From the IMG/VR virus record IMGVR_UViG_2878656381_000006: 64,000 nucleotides of DNA. One strand, given 5' to 3'. The notes under the pieces were generated by a model. The model did no database searches. It saw nothing but the letters and a program-made list of their open reading frames with translations, and was not told where the DNA came from. This document shows positions 1 through 9,226 of this stretch, piece after piece. This DNA comes from a virus. The position numbers and the translations under genes are program-made. The number at the start of each line of letters is the position of its first letter. The first letter of the stretch is position 1.

Positions 1-1520
1 TCAGGTCCGTCGTCGTGGTCTGCTTTTGGGAAATGTCGCAATTGTGAAATTAGAGTTGCTTGTGATCTATGCAATAAAATCAAACCATTTGCAATGTGCG
101 GTTGCAGGCTTTCAATGCGTAGCATTTTGTCTGTATTAGGTTTAATTGCCGTGGCAGGGACAGGCAAACCGCGCTGTGCGGAACGTTTAACCAGCTCATC
201 TTTCAAAAACTCTTGAAATTGCACGGTTTCAACGAACCAGCGCTGACACTCGTACTGTTTATGCAGTCGAATCACATCTTCAATGATTAAATCAGGCAAG
301 CGTTTTTTTACTTGCGCTTCAATGACATAGAGTTTACCTGTTTCACGATGATACCCACCGACTAAAATCGCAGAAGGGTCACGGCTTGCGCCCGCTTTTC
401 CAAGACTTGGGTCAAGTGCGCCAAAGTAAATCAGGTTAGCCGGCAATTCCGTCCAATATTGAATGCTGTTCTCAAAAATCGCATCATCACCGCTAACGGG
501 GTCGTTTTGATACTCGGAGTCAAAAGCAGAGTGCCCGTCACTGGCACGGATTTTCATTAGTTGCAGAATCGGGCGCCTCAGCCAAGAGACCACCGCGCCT
601 GCGTCCATTTCCGCTTTGTGTTGCTTATAAAACAGGTCAGAGAGGGTATCATCGTCCCCCTCTTCGCTCAGGTAGATATTTTCCCATTGATCCCACAGGT
701 GCATATTGTCGGGCATGCGCAAAATAGCTTTAAAGCGTACCCGCCTCCAGCCTTTAGTATTGAGGATACGGCTTAACACACTATCGTAATGTAAGATTGT
801 CCCCACATAGATTACGTCAAACTTTTCGCCCGCTGCACCCAATTTTAAAACTGCCTTTAAGACCCAGTTGTGTAATTTATTACGTTGCTCTGGTTTTTCT
901 ACGCTTTTGTCATTTTCGATGTCGTCCAGCACCACAAGATCGGGACGATATGCCCCGTAGCGGCGACCACGCAGCTTTTGCCCCGCTCCCACCGCCTCAA
1001 CCTTTTGATTTAGGCTAGTGATAATCGCCCCCGCGCGCCACACCTTACCCATACCAAGCTCGGGAAAATCAATGTGCAAGCGCGGATTTGCCTCAATCTC
1101 CATCTTAATCGCCTCAAGCATCTCATAAGCTTGAGTCTCAGTATCCATTGCGATGATGATGTACTTTTTCAGCCCACGCACCATACACCACAGTGGGAAA
1201 AGCTGAGTACAAATGGTCGATTTTGCCTCACCACGTGGGGCGGCAATCGCTTGGCGAATAGAGCGTTCTAGCTCTACCACCGATTGCGGCAGTTGCTCAA
1301 ACAAATACTCGTGCAGTTGGGATTTATGCTCGGAGCGCACATAGTGTGGAAAATACTGCTGCACAAAAAACTCAAATCCACCCACAGGGTCAAACACTTG
1401 CTGCCGACGGGTAGCAATACTTTTAGGGTCATCCGTCCACCCCTCAAAGCTTGCCTCAATGTTGCGTTGTAGCTCACGACGTAATTCTTCGAGTTTTTTT
1501 TCAAATTCTTTAATTTTCAT
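1..1520 (-). CDS. Terminase large subunit (runs off the window edge, so absent from the ORF track)
   Basis: Manual translation from ATG 1520 (MKIKEFEKKLEEL) stays open to base 1, with APRGEAKST, VVLDDIEND, GALDPSLG and DHDDGP motifs. Confidence 0.9.
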   Translation of the reverse strand, partial: MKIKEFEKKLEELRRELQRNIEASFEGWTDDPKSIATRRQQVFDPVGGFEFFVQQYFPHYVRSEHKSQLHEYLFEQLPQSVVELERSIRQAIAAPRGEAKSTICTQLFPLWCMVRGLKKYIIIAMDTETQAYEMLEAIKMEIEANPRLHIDFPELGMGKVWRAGAIITSLNQKVEAVGAGQKLRGRRYGAYRPDLVVLDDIENDKSVEKPEQRNKLHNWVLKAVLKLGAAGEKFDVIYVGTILHYDSVLSRILNTKGWRRVRFKAILRMPDNMHLWDQWENIYLSEEGDDDTLSDLFYKQHKAEMDAGAVVSWLRRPILQLMKIRASDGHSAFDSEYQNDPVSGDDAIFENSIQYWTELPANLIYFGALDPSLGKAGASRDPSAILVGGYHRETGKLYVIEAQVKKRLPDLIIEDVIRLHKQYECQRWFVETVQFQEFLKDELVKRSAQRGLPVPATAIKPNTDKMLRIESLQPHIANGLILLHRSQATLISQLRHFPKADHDDGP

Positions 1521-1569
1521 TTGTTATTTACCTACTAACAAAATGCAAATACAAGATAACTTACTGAAA

Positions 1570-2067
1570 TTATTTAAATTCTTTATCAATCAAAGGCTTG
1601 ATTTCATCTAGCAACTCAATAAAATCAGGTAATAAGTGCGGTTTCTTGGTTTTTATCAAATTAGCGAACAGTTCTATAGTTTTCATCGCTGTTGCAATAG
1701 CACTAATCTCGGGCAGAATACGTTTACTTGCTGCCGTCATCTTCGCAAAACTATCCGCAAGCGATGACAAGCGGTCGACTTTATCTTGTGCGTTTAAATT
1801 TGAGTTTTGAATCTCATCCATCGTTGCACGATATTGAATAATAAAGCCTGACAGCAACCCTTTTGTGATATCAGTCAGCTCATTGCCCGCCATCACTTGC
1901 ACATCACGCACTTTATCCCAGTCATCGCCTTTTTTCTCTGCTTCTTTCTTCCAGCGTCGCGCGGTATTAAATGACACGCCAGCTTTGCTTGCAGATTGCT
2001 CAAGCGATAAAAACTCAAACACATAGTAGCGACGAACCAGCGCACGTGTTTTTTCATCAAATGCCAT
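1570..2067 (-). CDS. DUF1804-like protein, probable terminase small subunit
   Basis: N-terminal HTH-like segment; lies directly upstream of TerL. Confidence 0.7.
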   Translation of the reverse strand: MAFDEKTRALVRRYYVFEFLSLEQSASKAGVSFNTARRWKKEAEKKGDDWDKVRDVQVMAGNELTDITKGLLSGFIIQYRATMDEIQNSNLNAQDKVDRLSSLADSFAKMTAASKRILPEISAIATAMKTIELFANLIKTKKPHLLPDFIELLDEIKPLIDKEFK

Positions 2068-2070
2068 GAG

Positions 2071-2319
2071 TTAGCCCCCAAATTGCAAGCGAATGAGCTC
2101 AATACCGACTGCAACAATGCCACCGCCAATACCACCTGCAATCAACGCTTGATTGCGGTTTTTCTTTGCCATTTCGCTTAAATCTGCTTGCAGTGCTTGC
2201 ACTTGTTTTTGTAAATCCGCAATTTCTTTGTTTTGTTTGTCGACTTTATCTGCAATTCCGTCTAATTTATCTAAGATTGCATCAAGCTTTTCACCTGTTG
2301 ATTTATTTTTTTGTCGCAT
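2071..2319 (-). CDS. Phage coiled-coil protein with C-terminal TM helix
   Basis: ORF coupled to its neighbours in the late operon. Confidence 0.6.
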   Translation of the reverse strand: MRQKNKSTGEKLDAILDKLDGIADKVDKQNKEIADLQKQVQALQADLSEMAKKNRNQALIAGGIGGGIVAVGIELIRLQFGG

Positions 2320-2573
2320 TATTTATCAACCTTTTTGTCTAATTTCCCTTCAATACTATCTAATTTGTCAAAGATTCGGTCTAGCTGACTGCTAAACCCA
2401 CTGTTGACGTGATTAGCCATTTCCTTTGTTTGATAGCTCTCTTTGATTTTGTTAATTTCCGCTTTGAGCTCTTTAAAATCAGCATCAAGTCGTTTAAACC
2501 AAACGCCACCAAAAAACACAGCAATTGAAACAACAAAGTTAAAAATCATTGCGCCGCTAATTTGCAGTTCCAT
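2319..2573 (-). CDS. Phage membrane protein (N-terminal TM + coiled coil)
   Basis: Hydrophobic N-terminus; follows the spanins. Confidence 0.6.
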   Translation of the reverse strand: MELQISGAMIFNFVVSIAVFFGGVWFKRLDADFKELKAEINKIKESYQTKEMANHVNSGFSSQLDRIFDKLDSIEGKLDKKVDK

Positions 2574-2763
2574 CTTTCACCTCGCAGATTGCGCGATATG
2601 TGTCGTTATGCGCTTTAACCTGTCGCAATGTTTCTGTTGTATCATTGCGACTAGCTTTAATTAATGTAAAGCCGTCGCAGCTGGTGTTAATCACGTAAGT
2701 CGTGCGATTTGTGCAAGCTATCAATAAGCTTGTCACGAGTAGCATGATTAGCCGTTTCTTCAT
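2557..2763 (-). CDS. o-spanin (Rz1-like lipoprotein)
   Basis: Signal peptide with lipobox LIAC; overlaps the i-spanin 3' end. Confidence 0.75.
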   Translation of the reverse strand: MKKRLIMLLVTSLLIACTNRTTYVINTSCDGFTLIKASRNDTTETLRQVKAHNDTYRAICEVKDGTAN

Positions 2764-2944
2764 TTCGCTTACGCTCCCGTTGATTATTTCGTTGTGTTGT
2801 CACAATCGCTTTGTCTTGTTCAAGCTGTGCGTTTTCTTTCAATAATGCGTCAATTGTGTTATTTGCACGCTTTAATTTGAAAATGACATAGCCGCATAGC
2901 CCTAAAAAAAACGCTATTGCGACTAAAATTAGCTGTAAAGTCAT
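2687..2944 (-). CDS. i-spanin (DUF2681-like)
   Basis: N-terminal TM + coiled coil in the lysis cassette. Confidence 0.7.
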   Translation of the reverse strand: MTLQLILVAIAFFLGLCGYVIFKLKRANNTIDALLKENAQLEQDKAIVTTQRNNQRERKRNEETANHATRDKLIDSLHKSHDLRD

Positions 2945-3177
2945 TCCGCACCTCCGCGATTTTTTCGACGCTCGACGGCAACCGCGAAGCCTTTTGTTGC
3001 CGCACCGCCACCGCAGAAAATAGCAAACGTCATAAAAAGCTCAGGCACGTAAGCGCGGTCAAGCCAGACGCAGAAAATGAGAATTGCAGCCATTAGAAGT
3101 GCGCCGAAAAACTGAATAAAGCCCGTGGTTGACAAGCGTCCGTCACTATTTGTGATAAGTTCAGAGAGTTTAGCCAT
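2941..3177 (-). CDS. Putative holin (DUF2644-like)
   Basis: Two TM helices, basic C-terminus, DGRLSTT motif. Confidence 0.65.
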   Translation of the reverse strand: MAKLSELITNSDGRLSTTGFIQFFGALLMAAILIFCVWLDRAYVPELFMTFAIFCGGGAATKGFAVAVERRKNRGGAE

Positions 3178-3364
3178 TTACCACCCCGATTTTTAAATAG
3201 AGTTGTTGTGCGAGTGTAGGCTTGCCTTTTACACGATAGGACCACGCTTTTTTGCTGTAGCATTTGGGGCGACATGTATTTATTGGTTTACGAAAATATG
3301 TATGTAACCAGCCAAATAAACGATGTAATTTATTCATGTTCAAGCTCCATAATGACGTGTTCAA
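3170..3364 (-). CDS. Small basic hypothetical protein in the lysis cassette
   Basis: Overlaps amidase stop and holin start; true start probably MNKLH. Confidence 0.45.
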   Translation of the reverse strand: MNTSLWSLNMNKLHRLFGWLHTYFRKPINTCRPKCYSKKAWSYRVKGKPTLAQQLYLKIGVVNG

Positions 3365-3815
3365 CTAAAGGCTGACAATCGTTATCAACCCATTCTGCGA
3401 CATCAAACCCCGGGCAGATTTTACGTGCAAACTCACGGTGCCCGTGCAGTGTGGCATTGGGGTATTTACGTGATAAATCTCGCACCAAATTTGCTAATGC
3501 TTGCCACTGCGCGACAGTGAAGCGGTCAGTACCGACTAGACAAATGCCAATTGAATTGCGATTTTGACCGCGACAATGTGCACCGATTTCGCCTATTTTG
3601 CGACCAGATTCAACCATCCCGTTTGTATCAATGACAAAGTGATAGCCAATGGCGTGTAAATGACGATTAAACGCAATTTTGTTATTGATTTCGCGCCGAA
3701 AATGCGCGTCAAAATGCCAGTCATCAATGATTTGTGCCGCAGTTTTACCGCGCTTTGCAAGTCGCACGCCGTTTTGCGTCGCGGCGCAATGGATGATGAT
3801 TTTTTCAATAGCCAT
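3330..3815 (-). CDS. Endolysin, N-acetylmuramoyl-L-alanine amidase (Amidase_2, T7 lysozyme-like)
   Basis: IIIHCAAT, IGYHFVI, GAHC, SIGICLVG, HGHRE and KICPGF motifs. Confidence 0.92.
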   Translation of the reverse strand: MAIEKIIIHCAATQNGVRLAKRGKTAAQIIDDWHFDAHFRREINNKIAFNRHLHAIGYHFVIDTNGMVESGRKIGEIGAHCRGQNRNSIGICLVGTDRFTVAQWQALANLVRDLSRKYPNATLHGHREFARKICPGFDVAEWVDNDCQPLVEHVIMELEHE

Positions 3816-3905
3816 AAAAAAACTCCCAATAAATTAAGTGATTTATTGAGAGTATTTTGATTTAAAATAGATTTTAAAAAGCGGTGAACGACTTCAACAC
3901 CGCTC

Positions 3906-4334
3906 TTAAAAGAGAGTAGTCTGTTGTGCTTTCGGTTCACGCTGAAGACTGTACACAATATCCCACGCTTGTCTGTCTGATATCTTATATTTATGGCAAA
4001 TCTCAAGCATTGACATTCGCCCAGATTTTCCCTCTCGCTGCGTTAAATAGTCAAAATCGGCTTTTAAACGCTGATTGCGCAATACGCGCAAAGCAACATC
4101 GCAGCGCGGAATATAGATCTCTTCGCTTTGAAAATGTGTACGTAATTTGATTGCACTTTCTTTCCCGATTAACTCTTTTAATTTCGGAAAATAATGTATA
4201 CCGTCTGAAAATCGAAATCTTGAACCACCGAATCGTTTAATAATTTTTTCAACATCAGAAAAACCTGCGATATTCACCATTTCATGTACAACGTTGGGTA
4301 AATATTCTGCAACATTTTCAATATCTGTACTCAT
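3906..4334 (-). CDS. Mor/C-family transcription activator
   Basis: YLP...IYIPRC...RNQRL motifs with C-terminal HTH; lies before the lysis genes; start MSTDIEN. Confidence 0.85.
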   Translation of the reverse strand: MSTDIENVAEYLPNVVHEMVNIAGFSDVEKIIKRFGGSRFRFSDGIHYFPKLKELIGKESAIKLRTHFQSEEIYIPRCDVALRVLRNQRLKADFDYLTQREGKSGRMSMLEICHKYKISDRQAWDIVYSLQREPKAQQTTLF

Positions 4335-4462
4335 AACGCCCCCTTTCTTGCGATTTTTTCGGCAATCTATCACGAGATTTTTAAAAAGTGAGTGTTTTTT
4401 GAAAAAAATTAAAAAACCTCGCATTTGGCGAGGCTTTTAATAAATCTATTAGTTATTAGTTA

Positions 4463-4798
4463 TTAGTTAGATAATGACTTAGTTATTGTTAATGCAATTT
4501 CCCACGCTTGTCGGTTCTCTGTTGCGTGAATATTTTTACAAGTAATCAATTCATTTGCATAATCTGTATCATCCGCTTTATCAGAATTAACAAAAAGAAT
4601 AACTCGACGAAGTGCGCAAGCTGATACTAGATTTTTATCGTGTCCGAATGAGCCTTGCTCCATTGCAAACGCAACATTTCTAAGTGTTTGATAGTCCCCT
4701 TTGAGTGCCTTTTCAAGTTCTTTTTGTGCTTTATCTGTCATAGAAAACGAAGCTAATGAGAACAAGCTGAGAGTGATTAAGATAAATAATTTTTTCAT
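4463..4798 (-). CDS. Exported hypothetical protein (moron-like)
   Basis: Sec signal MKKLFILITLSLFSLASFS; hairpins on both sides. Confidence 0.7.
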   Translation of the reverse strand: MKKLFILITLSLFSLASFSMTDKAQKELEKALKGDYQTLRNVAFAMEQGSFGHDKNLVSACALRRVILFVNSDKADDTDYANELITCKNIHATENRQAWEIALTITKSLSN

Positions 4799-4834
4799 AA
4801 AAAAAGCCCCGATGTTGAGTTGTTGGGGCTTAAT

Positions 4835-5299
4835 TTATTGCTTTTTAGCACTGATGTCTAGTAATTCTATTGTGTTTTTTTGTTCTTCATCACGTTGTTG
4901 TCTTCTATTATAAACTTCTAGCATTTGAATAACTTTCTTTAATTGCCAGACGTCTAGCCAGTGAACAAAGTCAACTTTAAAAGATCGCTTTGCCATGCTG
5001 TCTGCGTATGATTGTGGTAGCTGATGTTCAGTTAAAAGTGCGGTAATTTTTCTTAAATACATCTCTTTATACTCAGCGGGCTTCGGTCTGCGTTGATGTT
5101 TAAACTTGGTCGCCGTTGGCTCAAATCCCTTGTCTTTCATCGCTCGGAGGACATTTAAAAGCTCTGCAATATTCATCTCTTTACAGCTTGTTTTGCCGAC
5201 AGTGCTTTGTAAAAACGCTCTGTACACGTCATCATCCATTTTTAATGTGTTTTTACCGATGTGAATTTTGGCAATAATACTTTTTCTATTTTCGTACAC
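4835..5299 (-). CDS. Mu gp16/GemA-like protein (DUF1018)
   Basis: IAKIHIGK..L.MDDDVYRAFL...GKTSCKEM motif. Confidence 0.85.
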   Translation of the reverse strand: MYENRKSIIAKIHIGKNTLKMDDDVYRAFLQSTVGKTSCKEMNIAELLNVLRAMKDKGFEPTATKFKHQRRPKPAEYKEMYLRKITALLTEHQLPQSYADSMAKRSFKVDFVHWLDVWQLKKVIQMLEVYNRRQQRDEEQKNTIELLDISAKKQ

Positions 5300-5672
5300 G
5301 TGCCGCTCCTAATATTTTTCTAAAATGTTGACAAAAAGTGAGGTTTCTTTCTCGTTCTTCTGCCGTTAAAACTGTGATTTTTGGCTCAGGTAAGGCTAAA
5401 ACCTTGCGTTTTGGCAGACGTTCTAACAGCATTTTGGGGTTTGGAAACCGGTCGCATTCTGCATAAAGCGTTAAAAACGCTTCTTCGATTCGCCATTTGT
5501 CCTCTTGCTCATTCCACCCATTAAAGATCTTTTGATGAAGTATTGCTTTAATCCAAATCTCCGCCGTTTTTGTGATCATATCTTCTGGCGGTTGTCCCGG
5601 TAGCCTTAGCACTACCAACCCCGCCAACCCTTTTGCGACTGTTGCTCGTAACCACACCTCATCCATTGGCAA
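5286..5672 (-). CDS. Phage hypothetical protein
   Basis: Coupled ORF in the middle region. Confidence 0.65.
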   Translation of the reverse strand: MPMDEVWLRATVAKGLAGLVVLRLPGQPPEDMITKTAEIWIKAILHQKIFNGWNEQEDKWRIEEAFLTLYAECDRFPNPKMLLERLPKRKVLALPEPKITVLTAEERERNLTFCQHFRKILGAARVRK

Positions 5673-6132
5673 ACTCCGCTAAATTTTGCAAGGCTTTGCT
5701 TGTTTTATTTGCTGTCACTTGATTATTATTTTGATGAACGGGACTATTTTTAACCAAATTTCTCGGCTGCCACTTTGTCATCACTTCATAAAGATAGCCG
5801 TGGCTATTAAGTGGTAGTTTTAAGTTGTGGCGACTGTTTAAAACCACAGCAAGACTGTCAATCCAACACTCAATCGGGGCGTCATAAACGTCGCCGTTGC
5901 GTTGAATGCGTTGATTTTTAACATCATCTAACAATTGATTGATTAGCTTTGCCACACGATCCATTGTTAGTGCCGTTTTTTCTGGTCTAAAAAGCCCTAA
6001 ATACTGCACAGCAAGTCTGCCGAAATCACCGTTTAGCGAGAGTGCAGACATTACTGCAAGGCTTGCTTGTTCATGCTGTAATAACACATCAAGCGATAAT
6101 ACCGCACCGCAAGCGGGGCATTTACACTTCAT
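5659..6132 (-). CDS. Phage hypothetical protein with N-terminal CPACG
   Basis: YLGLFRP and HGYLYEV motifs typical of Mu-like middle genes. Confidence 0.7.
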   Translation of the reverse strand: MKCKCPACGAVLSLDVLLQHEQASLAVMSALSLNGDFGRLAVQYLGLFRPEKTALTMDRVAKLINQLLDDVKNQRIQRNGDVYDAPIECWIDSLAVVLNSRHNLKLPLNSHGYLYEVMTKWQPRNLVKNSPVHQNNNQVTANKTSKALQNLAEFANG

Positions 6133-6207
6133 TTTTAAACTCCTTTTAACATCGTTTAAAACACATTATTCAGCCCACTTTTGTGGGAAATGGGCTGTAA
6201 ATGGGTT

Positions 6208-6690
6208 TTATTGAATTGGTTTAGTTGGAAGTGGTTGCCAATGTGTAATTTTTTCTAGACCATATGTGTACGGATAAAATAAAAATTTCTCTCCGTCATA
6301 AAATAAAGAAATTGTCTCAGCGGCAATCGTATAAACCAAAACATGAGTATATGCCTCTGGAAGTTTCTCTTTCACGCTAATCCAGTTATTGTCTTGTGGT
6401 AATTCAACAAGCTCTGGCTTTTCAAGCACTAAATCAGAGCCGTAGTCTTCTTTTTCTTCTTCGCTTAACTGTTTTTCTTTACATACAGCTTTTCCAAGTA
6501 CAATGCCGTAAACAGCGTTTGGCAAATCATTCGACGCAAAATCTTCATGATCACACATGTCATCTGCAAAATCATGAGCCTCGATTGCACCATCTAAACA
6601 ACTTTGTTTAGCTTGTTCTAATGTTTCGTGTAAGTTAACAATATGAATGTCATTAGATACATCTACTGAGAAATATTTTTCATTACTCAT
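6208..6690 (-). CDS. DUF551-domain protein
   Basis: C-terminal WISVKEKLP...ITHWQPLP. Confidence 0.8.
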   Translation of the reverse strand: MSNEKYFSVDVSNDIHIVNLHETLEQAKQSCLDGAIEAHDFADDMCDHEDFASNDLPNAVYGIVLGKAVCKEKQLSEEEKEDYGSDLVLEKPELVELPQDNNWISVKEKLPEAYTHVLVYTIAAETISLFYDGEKFLFYPYTYGLEKITHWQPLPTKPIQ

Positions 6691-6733
6691 TTTTTTTATC
6701 TCCTGTTTATATTTAATTTCTGAAAAATGGGTT

Positions 6734-7009
6734 TTATTTATCTGCTAATGCCATTGCATTATCAATCGCTTCTCGCACAGTATCTGCCGCAGGAAAAGTG
6801 ATTAAACCTTTTGGTGTCCACATTTCACATTCATTAAGTCCATATCCATTAACAACAATATCTATTGCATTTTTTTCAATGAAATCTAGCCGTTTCTTGT
6901 CATGTCTTAATGTAGTTAACTCAAACTCGCCAATTTCTACCGTTTTTTCGCCTCTTTCTGCTTTTACATTTCTAGCAAATGCAAGTGCTGCTCTTGTGTG
7001 TTTATCCAT
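6734..7009 (-). CDS. Phage hypothetical protein
   Basis: DKKRLDF...VREAIDNAM motif; AGGAG RBS. Confidence 0.65.
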   Translation of the reverse strand: MDKHTRAALAFARNVKAERGEKTVEIGEFELTTLRHDKKRLDFIEKNAIDIVVNGYGLNECEMWTPKGLITFPAADTVREAIDNAMALADK

Positions 7010-7033
7010 TTTTTACTCCTGCTTTGATTAGTC

Positions 7034-7734
7034 TTATTGATGCGCTATTTTTAGTGTTTCTTGTCCGTTTACACCGCGATTCAGTTTCACTTGTTTACCG
7101 TCTAGATACCCCCTTAAACCAGACTCATCTCCATTTCGTTCTCTGGTATCACCAACTTTACGAGTTTTAGCTTCCCTTAAATTCATTTTTTTATGTAATT
7201 GATTTTTAAATCGCTCCATTTTCTCTTTTTCTTCCTGTGTTAAAACAAAGTCTTGAACTGTTTTATAAACACCATGAACCCAGCCGAGGCAATAATTATC
7301 TGCTCTTGCAATCAATGTACTACGCTTCAAACGCTTACTTTGCGTTGCTATAAATGCTTTTCTAGCCTGTTGTAATTGACGATACAACACATCAAAGCAG
7401 TAAGAAGCAATAACAGGTCTTTCTTCTTGACCGAAAAAACAGCATGTAATTTTTGTTCAGGAATATTGTTAGTTCGGTTTGAAAAGTATGCTTCAACACC
7501 AAACACTCTTTTGATTAAAGAGGCGAGCGCATGAACATATTGCCCAGTTTTGCGAGAAAATTTCTGTTTGCTATCGCTTTCTGAAATTTCCACATCAATG
7601 CTATTCACATTATGTTCAGCCATTAGTTTTTGTGCCATCTCTAACGCTTTAGCTGCTTCATGCGGATTGTTAGATTTAGATAACGCTAACAATTTCTTGA
7701 TTTTTTTTAGTAGTTTTTCGTTCGATTGACTCAT
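7034..7734 (-). pseudogene. DUF2786-domain gene split by a frameshift
   Basis: KIKKLLALSKSNNPHEA N-terminus; one more T in the T6 run (7434-7439) joins both ORFs (HAVF-FGQEERPVIASYCFDVLYRQL). Confidence 0.75.
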
Positions 7735-7967
7735 CTCCACTCCATATCTTTTCTCATAATCTTCATCATTTCCTTAACGCTTTGCTTTTCTTTTAAACGT
7801 AACGCTTGCCCTTCTAAGTCTCTCAACATCAAAACCTGCTAGATTGTGTATCTACCGCTTATTGCAAGATTAATTCTGTAATCTCTTATCCACTTCAAAA
7901 TCACCTTACCGGGGACATATTGTTTTTTTAATGCCAAAGCAATGTAAGATAGAGTTATTTTTTCCAT
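7731..7967 (-). pseudogene. 79-codon phage gene with an internal TAG
   Basis: RBS and ATG 7967, in-frame TAG at 7839-7841; the frame continues to an ATGA overlap with the next gene. Confidence 0.6.
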
Positions 7968-7975
7968 ATCTCACC

Positions 7976-8524
7976 TTATTTTCTATAATAATCAAAGGCT
8001 TGAAAAAACAACTCTTTACTATTTACACAAAAATCAATCGGTGATATCGGCACAAGCGGTAATTCATGCAAATATTGCCAATGGCACTCTTGCTCAATCG
8101 GCGTATTGATAAACGCTTCTTTTTCTGCTTTTAAAGCGAGCAAATCTGCACATTTCACGAAAGTTTTAATCGTTTCACTCATGCTAATATTGAATTTTTC
8201 TTGTATGACTTTCTCAAAAGATTTTTCAATTGCCTTGTAATCAGGAAGCAGACTTTTTAACGGACTCGGGATGTCACCAAGAAAAGCTTCTTGCGCATCG
8301 TGCATGAGCGCAGCAAACGCAGTTTCGTCATCCGCTTTTAAAAATGTTTTAGCAATCATTCCAACATAAACACTGTGATCTAACACCGAGTAATGTCTGT
8401 CTAATTTACCCCCAAAGCGCGGTATCATTGAGAGATGGTGAACGATATCGTCGATATGAATATCGCTTTTTTCCGGTTCTTGGAAATTGATCACTCTGTT
8501 TGAGTGCGTAAGATAAATAGCCAT
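7976..8524 (-). CDS. HD-domain phosphohydrolase (YfbR/YfdR-like deoxynucleotidase)
   Basis: RFGG..YSVLDHS and ALMHDAQEAFLGDIPSPLK motifs. Confidence 0.85.
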   Translation of the reverse strand: MAIYLTHSNRVINFQEPEKSDIHIDDIVHHLSMIPRFGGKLDRHYSVLDHSVYVGMIAKTFLKADDETAFAALMHDAQEAFLGDIPSPLKSLLPDYKAIEKSFEKVIQEKFNISMSETIKTFVKCADLLALKAEKEAFINTPIEQECHWQYLHELPLVPISPIDFCVNSKELFFQAFDYYRK

Positions 8525-8532
8525 TGTTTACC

Positions 8533-8703
8533 TCAAATTTGATTTATTGGTGTTATTTGCCAGTTGATTTTTTTAATTTCTGCAATTGCACGTTGCAAAA
8601 TCACTTTTGCGTCCGCGCGACGTTCTTCAATCACGTTATCTCTCGCGATTTCGAGTATTTCTTGTATTTCAACAATCTGTTGTGCGATATCGTGTTTTGT
8701 CAT
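8533..8703 (-). CDS. Small phage protein (56 aa, MTKHDIAQQIVEIQ...)
   Basis: Manual translation; ATGA coupling to the upstream ORF. Confidence 0.6.
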   Translation of the reverse strand: MTKHDIAQQIVEIQEILEIARDNVIEERRADAKVILQRAIAEIKKINWQITPINQI

Positions 8704-8867
8704 AGTTCCTCGACCTCCATCACATCGTCAATTTCGGTTATTTGATGTGGCACTTGATTAATATCGAATTGATTCAAGTCACACACTCGCTCAGTTACAT
8801 CATCAATATTGTCTGCTTCGACTGTTGCTTAAACTAAGCAATATAAGCGCACTACATATTTAGCCAT
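8700..8867 (-). pseudogene. 56-codon phage gene with an internal TAA
   Basis: MAKYVVRLYCLV*ATVEADNIDD...; TAA at 8829-8831; both ends overlap the neighbouring genes. Confidence 0.6.
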
Positions 8868-9069
8868 TTTCGGCCTCCTTCCAACGCAATGCCCACTTTG
8901 TTAAAAAAGCGTGACGACGCGCACACCACTCTTTATTAACAGCCTTTTTTGCTAGCTCTGCTGCATTTCTCCACAGTTCAGCTGCGTAGCTATAGTCGCC
9001 TGCTCGCTCAACTTCACTCGCGAGTTGCGAGATCTCTTTAAAACTTAATTTATTTGCTTTTTTTGCCAT
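8860..9069 (-). CDS. ANR-family (Aar/Rnr-like) transcriptional regulator
   Basis: A.EVERAGDYSYAAELW..A.......N.EWC..R pattern. Confidence 0.7.
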   Translation of the reverse strand: MAKKANKLSFKEISQLASEVERAGDYSYAAELWRNAAELAKKAVNKEWCARRHAFLTKWALRWKEAENG

Positions 9070-9226
9070 TTTTTTGCTCCTTATTGTTGTTAAAACACTT
9101 TATAAAAGCCCCTTTAATACAAGTTAAAAGAGCTTTGAAAAGCGTTTTATTTGCGATAAATAAGCCACGCAATCCAGCTGTAGAGAATCAATAAAGCGAT
9201 AGTCGGGATATAGTGATTACACATAA

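Noticed and set aside
1..1520. Apparent broken terminase (only short ORFs in the track)
   Set aside because: Manual translation shows one open minus-strand frame that leaves the window; the short ORFs are shadows.
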